Assembly (NCBI GenBank): GCA_963674755.2
Contig: CAXXVS010000001.1
Coordinates: 1,152,001-1,216,000, forward strand
DNA length: 64,000 nucleotides
Reading direction: 5' to 3'
From: Desulfobacterales bacterium
GTDB lineage: Bacteria > Desulfobacterota > Desulfobacteria > Desulfobacterales > UBA5852
The notes beneath the pieces are model-generated. The model was not told the DNA's origin and did not search any database. It was given only the letters and a program-made list of their open reading frames with translations. The position numbers were made by a program, and so were the translations under genes. Position 1 is the first letter of the stretch. The number at the start of each line of letters is the position of its first letter. This document shows, in pieces, positions 9,524 to 18,292 of this stretch.

Positions 9524-10796
9524 CTGATGCCTCCGCTGCCGTCAGTCGGGAAAGTTCATATTTGGCCAGTCTGATGTACTGAAAGATGGGAATGCGGGCC
9601 ACACACACGAAGCTGCAAAGACCGCAGTCGACACAGGAATAAAGATCATAGAGGTCCGCGCCGTCCTCATACTGCCCCGCTTCGAGAAAGCGTACCAGCA
9701 TGTTGACCGGCACCCGGGCCGGGCAGACCCGCACGCATTCCCCGCAGTTGATGCAGGGGTAGTCCGACACCAGGGAAACATCGGCGGCGTCCTGGACCAG
9801 GATGGCATCGGTATCGGCCTGGATCGGCATTTGAACGTCAAAAATGGCGGAGCCGGTCATGGGGCCGCCGACAATCAGGCGGTCCCTGTCGCCTGTCGTA
9901 ATCCCATGGGCCGTCAGCACATCCGCAATCGGGGTGCCGATCCGGGCCGAAACGATGGTTTTGCGGCCCGTTTTATCGACCAGGGTAACGGTTTTTTCAA
10001 GGGGTACCTGGCCTGTTTCAAAGGCCTTGCCGATGGAGGCTACCGCCTCGGCACTGAAGAAAGCGAACCCCAGTTCTTCGCAGGTTTTACCGGCCGGTAT
10101 CTCACGTCCGAAGGCCTCGTAGATGATGAGTTTGGGGTTGGCCGCGGGGTATTCGGAGGCCACGGCCTTGAGCGCGTCGGCACCGGTATGGCCGAAACCC
10201 TGCACCAGATCACGAGGTACGGCGATGGCCACCTGGCCCACCCCGGTGGCTTCCTTCAAAACATCGATCCCCCGGTTGACGGCATGCATCTCGGACTTGA
10301 TGACAAACTGATTGGTGGCCACCAACAGGTCGGGGTCGATCCCGGCCACCACCAGGGTGTGGATGCCATGGTTCGGCTCTTGAAAGAGGTGCAGGGGGGG
10401 CTTGCCCGGGGTCCCCACCAGCCATTCGGTGAGGTCAGCCAGGGTCGGCGTGAGTTCGCCCGGACCCTCGGCCCATACTTCGGTATCCGCCAGGGTGATA
10501 TCGATGGCGGTAAAATGCTTGCCGAAATCGCCGGCGATGGGACGAATCCCGGCCACCGTACCGGTGACGGTTGAAATGGTATAGGCCGGCCGATCCGTAA
10601 AAGGCGCGATCTTCTGACCGGTCTGTACCGTGTCGCCGGTTTTCAGGGCCAGTTGCGACAGGCGTTCGAGCTTTTCCTCGATTAACAAGGTGGCGGTTTG
10701 CGAACTGCTGACGTGTTGCGGGCCCAATGGGGTTTGGTGAAGCAGTTCGTAATGAAGCGCGGTGGTGGCCGAACGGCTAAATGCATTGTTCTTCAT
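9513..10796 (-). CDS. rnfC: RnfC-like subunit (divergent)
   Basis: GDTVQTGQ...STVTGTV N-domain, GGPMTG, CINCGECVRVCP and CVDCGLCSFVC; NADH/FMN loop degenerate. Confidence 0.8.
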   Translation of the reverse strand: MKNNAFSRSATTALHYELLHQTPLGPQHVSSSQTATLLIEEKLERLSQLALKTGDTVQTGQKIAPFTDRPAYTISTVTGTVAGIRPIAGDFGKHFTAIDITLADTEVWAEGPGELTPTLADLTEWLVGTPGKPPLHLFQEPNHGIHTLVVAGIDPDLLVATNQFVIKSEMHAVNRGIDVLKEATGVGQVAIAVPRDLVQGFGHTGADALKAVASEYPAANPKLIIYEAFGREIPAGKTCEELGFAFFSAEAVASIGKAFETGQVPLEKTVTLVDKTGRKTIVSARIGTPIADVLTAHGITTGDRDRLIVGGPMTGSAIFDVQMPIQADTDAILVQDAADVSLVSDYPCINCGECVRVCPARVPVNMLVRFLEAGQYEDGADLYDLYSCVDCGLCSFVCVARIPIFQYIRLAKYELSRLTAAEASDAQ

Positions 10797-10859
10797 AAGT
10801 TGACCCTTCTGAGCGCAAGGCGGCGAAACACCGTGGAGATTACCGGACCGGTTGCAAAC

Positions 10860-11297
10860 CTATTGGACATGGCATTGCGAACATTCTTTTTCTGTCGGAC
10901 CCGCCCCGATACCGGCGTGACAAGCCGTACACTGTTGATGGAAGGCGTCCGTTTTGGCCGGCAGAACCGTATCCGCAATCTCATCGGCCTCGTGGCAGTC
11001 CAGGCAAAGTTCAGGTTTCGGGGCGTCATCGGCTTGGTTCTTGGGATGGCAATCGCTGCAAGCAATGAGCGCGGCGTCGTCATCGACGGGATGATGATGA
11101 CAATCGTAACAGGAAACCTCGTATCCCACATTATGCTTGGCATGCTGAAACAAAACGCTTCCGGCGGCATTGCGAAACTGGATCCGGATGGGGTCATCAG
11201 GGGGTTTGGAAGGAAAGGCGGCGTAACAGAAAAGACCTACAATGAAGAGAATGACGGCCACGCTGTAGACCAGCTTCAAATTTCTCTCTGAAGTCAT
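10860..11297 (-). CDS. membrane-anchored or exported pentaheme cytochrome c3-like protein
   Basis: Five CxxCH (CYDCH, CSDCH, CLDCH, CTACH, CSQCH), VLFQHAKH c3-type motif, N-terminal hydrophobic helix; AAGGA before ATG 11297. Confidence 0.88.
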   Translation of the reverse strand: MTSERNLKLVYSVAVILFIVGLFCYAAFPSKPPDDPIRIQFRNAAGSVLFQHAKHNVGYEVSCYDCHHHPVDDDAALIACSDCHPKNQADDAPKPELCLDCHEADEIADTVLPAKTDAFHQQCTACHAGIGAGPTEKECSQCHVQ

Positions 11298-11570
11298 AGT
11301 CAATTCGTTCCTTAATATAGAGGTTACAGGTGCAGTGGGCGCGGCAAACTGAATTAATTCCACTAACACAAGGGGTCACTTTCTGGCAAGTGCTTTTTTT
11401 TAAAGGAAAAATTACGTCCAGGCTAAAACTCTACGAAAAACAAAAAATGATGAAGAATGAAAATTAGCGCTAAAACAGGTGGTTAAAAAAGTGGTGAGTT
11501 GCAGCCGTCGATAGAAAACGAAGGAGAAAATGCGGTGGATAGGGCAGCGAACGTCGTCGGCCGTCATGAT

Positions 11571-13277
11571 TCAGCCGCGGCAGACCCCGCAGCGAGTGCA
11601 GCCGGCAGGGGGACAGGCCGGAGATGTCTTGCCGGCCAGGGCACGCTGGTATTCGTCCCACAAAAAGTCCCGTGCGATGCCGCTGTCGATGAAGTCCCAG
11701 GGGAGAATTTCCGTACGGGGGCGTTCCCGGGCGGCGTGGTAATCCACGTCAATGGCACTGCTTTTGAGGGTCTGGCTCCAATTGCCTCCCAGACGGTAAT
11801 GGGCCTCCAGCAGCTCGGCGATGCGTCGGTCCCCGCGGGCGAGAACGGCCTGGACATAACTGGCCCGAATGTTTTCCATCCGGAAGCGGACATTGGCCAG
11901 GGCTTTGAGGTTGTCGCGCAGGTAGCGGGCTTTGGTCTGCAGCGTCTTGACGGTGTCCATGGCCGCCCATTGAAAGGGGGTCGCGGGTTTGGGAATAAAG
12001 GCGTTGGTATGCACGGTGATGGTGCCGATGCGTCGCCGCTGTCGGCTGGCGTCCAGGAAAACGGATTTGATCTTTCGGCACAGCGCCACAATGGCCTCGA
12101 TGTCTTCCATGGTCTCGGTGGGCAGGCCCACCAGGAAATAGAGCCGGAGATTGGGGACGCCCGTCTGTACGATTTTTTCGGCGGCCTGCAGGATGACGTC
12201 TTCCGTCAGTCCTTTGTTGATGACATTGCGCATTCGTTGGGAACCGGCCTCCGGTGCGATGGTGGCGGTCTTGGCCCGGTTTTTCTGCAATATCCGCAGA
12301 AAGTCATCGGAAAGGGCATCGGCGCGCAGCGAGCTGAAAGACAGACGCAGGCCGGTATCCTCAAAATGACGGCAGATGGTGCTGAGCCCGGGGAAATCGG
12401 ATACGGCCGCCCCCACCAGGCCGACGCGGGCGGTGCGCGCCATGGCTTCCCGGATGCTGTTCTCCAGGAAGGCGGGGTCGCGGAAGCGCGGCGGGCGGTA
12501 GACAAAACCGGCGCTGCAAAAACGGCAGCCATGCGGGCAGCCCCGGCTGACCTCGATCAGGCAGGTGTCCGCAAAGGTGGTATGGGCGGTCAAGACCGTG
12601 GAATCCGTTGCGAGGCAGCGGATATCGGCCAGGTACACCCGATTCACCTTCGCCGGTACGCCGGCCGGCGCTTGAACATGAAGCGGCTGGTGGTCCTCCC
12701 CGCCAGCCAGGTTGTAAGCGGACGGTACATAGGCACCTGGCACGTCGTGGGGCGCACGCTCCAGGAACTGCCGCCGGCCCCGGGCCTGGCGGTAGCAGTC
12801 CATGAAAGCCGGCAAGATAGCCTCCGCCTCGCCGATGAGCACCAGGTCCGCGAAGGGGGCCAAGGGCTCGGGATTGAGCATGGCAGCGATACCGCCGATC
12901 ACGACGAGGGGATGGGCGGCATCCCGGTCCTGGGCGCGCAGGGGTATCCCGGCCTGTCCCAGGATCTGCAAGAGATGGGGATAGTCGTTTTCAAACGAAA
13001 CGGAAAAAGCGACCATATCGAAATCGGTCATGGAACGGCCGCTTTCGATAGACACCGGTCGGGCCTCAGGCGGGTCCGGAAGGCAAAAACGTTCGCAAAC
13101 CACATCTTCGAGGTCGTTGAACTGGCGGTAAACCGTCTGGTAGCCGAGGTTGGACATGGCCAGGGCATAGCCCTGGGGAAAAGCCAGACCCACATGGATG
13201 CGGCCGGGCCATGCTTTGCGGATGACACCGGATTCCTCGGGGGACGTGCGAATGGCAGGCGAGCGGCGTTTCTTCAT
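11571..13277 (-). CDS. radical SAM protein with N-terminal B12-binding-like region (YgiQ-like family)
   Basis: MSNLGYQ, SRGCPHGCRFC, APEAGSQRMR motifs. Start uncertain (13277 or 13382). Confidence 0.85.
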   Translation of the reverse strand: MKKRRSPAIRTSPEESGVIRKAWPGRIHVGLAFPQGYALAMSNLGYQTVYRQFNDLEDVVCERFCLPDPPEARPVSIESGRSMTDFDMVAFSVSFENDYPHLLQILGQAGIPLRAQDRDAAHPLVVIGGIAAMLNPEPLAPFADLVLIGEAEAILPAFMDCYRQARGRRQFLERAPHDVPGAYVPSAYNLAGGEDHQPLHVQAPAGVPAKVNRVYLADIRCLATDSTVLTAHTTFADTCLIEVSRGCPHGCRFCSAGFVYRPPRFRDPAFLENSIREAMARTARVGLVGAAVSDFPGLSTICRHFEDTGLRLSFSSLRADALSDDFLRILQKNRAKTATIAPEAGSQRMRNVINKGLTEDVILQAAEKIVQTGVPNLRLYFLVGLPTETMEDIEAIVALCRKIKSVFLDASRQRRRIGTITVHTNAFIPKPATPFQWAAMDTVKTLQTKARYLRDNLKALANVRFRMENIRASYVQAVLARGDRRIAELLEAHYRLGGNWSQTLKSSAIDVDYHAARERPRTEILPWDFIDSGIARDFLWDEYQRALAGKTSPACPPAGCTRCGVCRG

Positions 13278-13283
13278 GGGGGT

Positions 13284-13498
13284 CTGATTTTCCGGGGCCT
13301 CGGCGCCGGTTTCAGCCGGCAGCGTCGTTAAATGGCCGCCATCGGCCGTCCTGACGGGGGGGGACCGCAGGACGCCGAACACGATCCATATCTTTGCTTC
13401 AGCATAACGGCTGCCGGACGAAAGTCAATGCAACCCGCGCGGGAGGTTGGCGCGCAGGGTAATACGTGCCGGCACCGCCGCAAGCCCCGGAAAATCAG
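13284..13498. repeat. 15-bp perfect inverted repeat bracketing the ftsZ-radical SAM spacer
   Basis: CTGATTTTCCGGGGC at 13284-13298 and GCCCCGGAAAATCAG at 13484-13498. Confidence 0.75.
13401..13428 (-). promoter_or_regulatory. putative sigma70 promoter of the radical SAM gene
   Basis: TTGACT-N16-TATGCT on the - strand. Confidence 0.45.
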
Positions 13499-13514
13499 GG
13501 GGGGAGCAGGGCAA

Positions 13515-14699
13515 TCAGTCCGCTTTGCGTCGCAGAAAGGTCGGAACGTCCAGATCGCTTTCATCGATGGCTTCGCTGTCGAAGCCGCCATAGGAGGATC
13601 CCATGCCCCCGCCGGCCACCTTGCGCCGGCGCATGAAGGCCGGTTCGTCGTAATCCACGACATTTTTCAGGTCGTCGGCCGTCACCGGGCGCAACTTGCC
13701 GCCGTAGGTTTCGTCCACGACTTTCACCGGCGCCTCTTCCTTGTCCTTTTCGCCGATTCCGGTAGCAATCACGGTGACGCGCATTTCATCGCCCAGACTG
13801 TCGTCCACCACCGTGCCCCAGATGATGTCGGCCTCTTCGCCCACCTCGTTGTAGATGCGGTCCGAAGCCTCGGTCATTTCTTCCATGGTCAGTTCACTCG
13901 TGCTGGTGATATTCATCAGCACGCCGCGGGCGCCGCTGATGGAGACGTCTTCCAGGAGCGGATGGGAAATGGCCCGTTCGGCGGCTTCCACAGCCCGGTT
14001 CTCGCCGCTGGCCGAACCGATGCCCATGATGGCCATGCCGGCCTTGGACATGGTGGCCTTCACGTCGGCGAAGTCCAGGTTCACCAGACCCGGCATCATG
14101 ATGAGGTCGGTGATGCCCTTGACGGAATGCAGGAGCACTTCATCCGCCCGGCGAAACATTTCCAGCATGGTGGCCTTCTTGGAGGCCAGTCCGCGCAGGC
14201 GGTCGTTGTTGATGGTGATGGCGGTATCGGCCATCTGCTTCAGCGTATCCAAACCGTGATCGGCCTGGCGGGAGCGTTTCTTGCCTTCGAAGGAGAAGGG
14301 TTTGGATACCACCGCCACGGTCAGAATGCCCAGTTCCTTGCAGATTTCGCCAATCACGGGGGCCGCCCCGGTACCGGTGCCGCCGCCCAGTCCGGCGGTG
14401 ATGAACACCATGTGGCTGCCTTCCAGGGCGCTGCGGATGGCATCGGCCGTTTCGATGGCGGCCTCCCGCCCGATGTCGGGATTGGCCCCGGCGCCCAGCC
14501 CTTCCGTCAGGCGTTCTCCCAGTTGAATCTTGACAGGCGCCTTGGAGACTTCCAGGGCCTGGGCATCGGTGTTGGCGGCAATAAATTTCACCCCCTGGAG
14601 ATTCGATGAAATCATGTTGTTAATGGCGTTGCCGCCGGCACCGCCCACCCCGATCACCTTGATTTTGGCCGAGTTTTCATTGTCGACATAGGTAAACAT
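13515..14699 (-). CDS. ftsZ: cell division protein FtsZ
   Basis: GVGGAGGNA, GGGTGTG, NLDFADV, C-terminal DVPTFLR. Confidence 0.98.
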   Translation of the reverse strand: MFTYVDNENSAKIKVIGVGGAGGNAINNMISSNLQGVKFIAANTDAQALEVSKAPVKIQLGERLTEGLGAGANPDIGREAAIETADAIRSALEGSHMVFITAGLGGGTGTGAAPVIGEICKELGILTVAVVSKPFSFEGKKRSRQADHGLDTLKQMADTAITINNDRLRGLASKKATMLEMFRRADEVLLHSVKGITDLIMMPGLVNLDFADVKATMSKAGMAIMGIGSASGENRAVEAAERAISHPLLEDVSISGARGVLMNITSTSELTMEEMTEASDRIYNEVGEEADIIWGTVVDDSLGDEMRVTVIATGIGEKDKEEAPVKVVDETYGGKLRPVTADDLKNVVDYDEPAFMRRRKVAGGGMGSSYGGFDSEAIDESDLDVPTFLRRKAD

Positions 14700-14781
14700 A
14701 GTTCCCCCCTATTCGTGTTACGATGGTTTGGCACGGCGCTGGCCCGATGGGCGCAATACATCGCCGGCCAATGGTTGTCGG

Positions 14782-16008
14782 TTAAACCACGTCCTTGAAC
14801 CAGCGTTTCATCTGGGTCACGATGCGGTTGAAGATATTGGCGTCCCGAATCCGGAACTTCTTTTCGGCCTGGTTTTTGGCGCCATAGAGCACCAGGCCGA
14901 CCCCGGTGGCGTACATGGGGTTGTTGACCACATCCACCAGACCGGTGATGCCCTGGGGTTTGCCCAGGCGGGTCTGCAGGTTGAAAACGGATTCGGCGAT
15001 TTCGGTGGTGCCCTCCAGCAGCGAGGTGCCGCCGGTGAGCACCAGGCCGGACGGGAAGCTGTTTTCCAGACCGGCCCGGTAGACTTCCCGCTTGGCCAGG
15101 GAGAAGATCTCCTCCATGCGCGGTTCCAGAATTTCGCCCAGGATCTGGCGGGGCAGCTTGCGGGCTTCCCGTCCGCCCATCCCGGGCACCTCGATCATCT
15201 CATCGGCGCTGACACTGCTGGAAAGGCAGGTGCCGTAACGGGTTTTGATCTTCTCGGCCTCGGCGTGGGGCGCCCGCAGTCCGATGGCGATGTCGTTGGT
15301 CAGATTGTTGCCGCCCAGGGCCAGCACGAAGGTGTGGCGGATGTTCTTGTCCGAGAAGATGGCCAGGTCGGTGGTGCCGCCCCCCAGGTCCAGCAGAGCG
15401 GTTCCCAGTTCCTTTTCTTCGTGGGTCAAGACGGCTTCGCCGGAGGCCAGGGATTCCAGCACGATGTCACAGACATCCAGGCCCGAGCGGTTGCAGCATT
15501 TGACGATGTTGTGGGCCGAGGTGACCGCCCCGGTGACGATGTGGATCTTGGCCTCCAGCCGGACGCCGGCCATCCCCACCGGGTTCTGGATCCCGGCCTG
15601 TTCATCGACGATATACTCCTGGGGCAGAACATGGATCACTTCGCGGTCCATGGGAATAGCCACGGCCCGGGCCGCATCGATGACCCGCTCCACATCGGCC
15701 TCGGTGATTTCGGGCCCCTTGATAGCCACGATGCCGCGGCTGTTGAAGCCGGTGATGTGGCCGCCGGCGATGCCGGTGTAGACCGAGGATATTTCGCAGC
15801 CGGCCATCAATTCGGCTTCTTCGACGGCTTTTTTAATGGAATCCACCGTGGATTCGATATTGACCACCACGCCCTTGCGAAGCCCGATCGACGGGTGGGT
15901 GCCGATGCCGATGATGTTGACGTCCCCCTGGGACATCTCGCCGACCACACAGCAGATTTTGGTCGTCCCGATATCAAGGCCCACGATCAGATTGCCGCGT
16001 CCCTGCAT
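14782..16008 (-). CDS. ftsA: cell division protein FtsA
   Basis: GLDIGTTK, DLGGGTTD, LTGGTS motifs; position before ftsZ. Confidence 0.97.
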   Translation of the reverse strand: MQGRGNLIVGLDIGTTKICCVVGEMSQGDVNIIGIGTHPSIGLRKGVVVNIESTVDSIKKAVEEAELMAGCEISSVYTGIAGGHITGFNSRGIVAIKGPEITEADVERVIDAARAVAIPMDREVIHVLPQEYIVDEQAGIQNPVGMAGVRLEAKIHIVTGAVTSAHNIVKCCNRSGLDVCDIVLESLASGEAVLTHEEKELGTALLDLGGGTTDLAIFSDKNIRHTFVLALGGNNLTNDIAIGLRAPHAEAEKIKTRYGTCLSSSVSADEMIEVPGMGGREARKLPRQILGEILEPRMEEIFSLAKREVYRAGLENSFPSGLVLTGGTSLLEGTTEIAESVFNLQTRLGKPQGITGLVDVVNNPMYATGVGLVLYGAKNQAEKKFRIRDANIFNRIVTQMKRWFKDVV

Positions 16009-16009
16009 C

Positions 16010-16882
16010 CTAAACCTCCTTCCGGGCGTCTTGCGCCGCGCCCGTTTCCATCGGATGGACGATAATCCGGTTGAGATTGTTCAAATCGATTGACGTGAAT
16101 CCGGCTTCGTGTCCGTTTTTACGCAGATAGGCATCGATTCTTTCCAGGGCGGCATACTTTTCATCAAAATCCCCGAACCCCAGCACCACGGTGCGATAGC
16201 CTCCGGGCTGACGCTCGTCGCTCAGGAAGAGGGTCAGGCCCAGGGCCGGATCGGCATGGATTTCACGGATCCGGCCGAGCAGTTCCCGGCGGCGGGAGTT
16301 CTGCCGCGGTTTCAGGATTTGCATTACCGCCCGCAGGATCGCTGTGGGTTCCCCGGCATTTTGTTCCAGATCGGTATACGCCAAGCCGCTGACCACCGGC
16401 ACGTCCAGGGTTTCCCCCGGCGCAAGCTCTTTGAACACCCGGCCCTCATCGCTCATCAGAAACCGGCGGCCCAGATCGAGCACGGCCAGACAGGTGTGTT
16501 CGCGGATGTTGATGCGCAGCCGGTCAGGGATGCTGCGGGAAACCTGGGCCTCCGCAATCCAGGGATCGGCCAGCAGCCGTTTGCGCGTCGTGTTCAGGTT
16601 GACCGCCAAAATGTTGCGGGCCGATTCCAGTCCGGCCTCCTCTTTGACCGCCTCCGGCGTCAGGCGTTCACATCCGCTAACCGCGATGGAGCGGATGCCC
16701 AGCCGTTCGGTCTGGGTGATCCAATCGTAGCCGAAGATCAGCAGCAGGTTGAACAGGACAAAAAGACCGGCGGCCAGAACGACCCGGACGATCCGGCGGG
16801 CTTGGAAAAAATAGGCCGCTACCCGGTTCTTGGACCGTCCCTTATAGGTGTTGCGCCGGATGCGTTTTTTGCGTCGCAGCAT
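16010..16882 (-). CDS. ftsQ: cell division protein FtsQ/DivIB
   Basis: Basic N-tail, single TM helix, POTRA-like segment (PWIAEAQVSRSIPDRLRI); position before ftsA. Confidence 0.85.
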   Translation of the reverse strand: MLRRKKRIRRNTYKGRSKNRVAAYFFQARRIVRVVLAAGLFVLFNLLLIFGYDWITQTERLGIRSIAVSGCERLTPEAVKEEAGLESARNILAVNLNTTRKRLLADPWIAEAQVSRSIPDRLRINIREHTCLAVLDLGRRFLMSDEGRVFKELAPGETLDVPVVSGLAYTDLEQNAGEPTAILRAVMQILKPRQNSRRRELLGRIREIHADPALGLTLFLSDERQPGGYRTVVLGFGDFDEKYAALERIDAYLRKNGHEAGFTSIDLNNLNRIIVHPMETGAAQDARKEV

Positions 16883-16913
16883 GTCCTGTCCTGTTCCTGT
16901 CCGCCGGTCCGGG

Positions 16914-18290
16914 TCAGTGCCCGGCCAGGGTTTGCAAAAAGGTTTCGCCCAGCTTCCATACATCGCCGGCGCCCATGGTGATGACGACATCCCCCTCACG
17001 GACCTCCTGCTGAAGGACTGCCAGCGCCTGTTCGGAGCCGTCCGTGCACGTTACATCCTTATGGCCGTGGGCCTGAATGCCTTCACAAAGCAGGGTATGG
17101 CTGATGCCGGCGATGGTCGCTTCCCCGGCACTGTAGATGGGCAGCAGGATCAACTTGTCGGTCTCGTAGAAGGCGCGCGTAAAGTCGTCGAACAGGGCCT
17201 GGGTGCGCGTGTAGCGATGGGGTTGAAACACGCCTACGATGCGACGGCCGGGCCAGCTGCAGCGGGTCGATTGCAGGGTGGTCTTGATTTCAGTGGGGTG
17301 GTGGGCGTAGTCGTCGATCACCGTGATGCCCCTGGCCGTTCCTTTGATCTCCAGCCTGCGGCGTACGCCCTCCAGGGTTTCCAGGGCGGTACGGATGGTG
17401 GCGAAGGGGATATCCAATTCCATACCCACCGCGATGCCAGCCAGGGAGTTGTAAACATTGTGAATGCCGGGCAGGTTGAGCCGGATTTCCCCCAGGTGCC
17501 GGCCCCGGTGGTGGGCCTGGTAGTGGCTGCAAAGGCCGTCGCAGCGGATCTCCCGGGCCTGGAAATCGGCCTGACTGCTGACCCCATACGTCGTGTAGCG
17601 TTTTTTGATATGGGGAATCAGGTTCTGGACGTGTTCGTTGTCCAGGCACAACACGGCCAGGCCGTAAAACGGAATGCGGTCGATAAAGCGGGCAAAGGTC
17701 TGCACGATGGCATCCAGATCGGCGTAAAAGTCCAGGTGCTCCCGATCGATGTTGGTCACCACGGCGATGCTGGGGGCCATCTTGAGGAAGGAGCCGTCGC
17801 TCTCGTCGGCTTCGGCCACGATATAGTTGCCCTGACCCAGCACGGCATTGGTGTCCGCGCCGCGCAGTTTGCCGCCGATGACGATGGTGGGGTCCAGATG
17901 ACCGGCGGCCAGGACGGCGCTGACCATGGAGGTGGTGGTGGTCTTGCCATGGGCGCCGGCCACGGCCACACTGTATTTGAGGCGCATGAGCTCGGCCAGC
18001 ATTTCCGCCCGGGGAATGACCGGGATGGAGCGATTGCGGGCAGCCGCCACTTCGGCGTTGTCTTCCTTGACGGCCGAGGAAATCACCACCACATCGGCAT
18101 CGGCGATATTCTCTTCGGCGTGGCCCGCATGAATCGTACCGCCCAGCCGGGCCAGGCGCCGGGTGATATCGGTGGACTTCAAATCCGAACCGGATACCTG
18201 GTAGCCGAGGTTGAGCAGCAGTTCGGCGATGCCGCTCATGCCGATGCCGCCGATGCCCACGAAATGAATATGATAGGTTTTCTGGTACAT
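16914..18290 (-). CDS. murC: UDP-N-acetylmuramate--L-alanine ligase
   Basis: GIGGIGMSG, GAHGKTTT, EADESD, DDYAHHPTE, FQPHRYTRT. Confidence 0.97.
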   Translation of the reverse strand: MYQKTYHIHFVGIGGIGMSGIAELLLNLGYQVSGSDLKSTDITRRLARLGGTIHAGHAEENIADADVVVISSAVKEDNAEVAAARNRSIPVIPRAEMLAELMRLKYSVAVAGAHGKTTTTSMVSAVLAAGHLDPTIVIGGKLRGADTNAVLGQGNYIVAEADESDGSFLKMAPSIAVVTNIDREHLDFYADLDAIVQTFARFIDRIPFYGLAVLCLDNEHVQNLIPHIKKRYTTYGVSSQADFQAREIRCDGLCSHYQAHHRGRHLGEIRLNLPGIHNVYNSLAGIAVGMELDIPFATIRTALETLEGVRRRLEIKGTARGITVIDDYAHHPTEIKTTLQSTRCSWPGRRIVGVFQPHRYTRTQALFDDFTRAFYETDKLILLPIYSAGEATIAGISHTLLCEGIQAHGHKDVTCTDGSEQALAVLQQEVREGDVVITMGAGDVWKLGETFLQTLAGH

Positions 18291-18292
18291 AA

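Noticed and set aside
11351..11360. GAATTAATTC palindrome upstream of the rnf operon as a Rex box
   Set aside because: Flanks match TTGTGAA-N4-TTCACAA poorly, and AT-rich palindromes arise easily by chance
14729..14743. TGGCAC-N5-TGGC sigma54-like motif
   Set aside because: Antisense to ftsA, imperfect -12, no target gene
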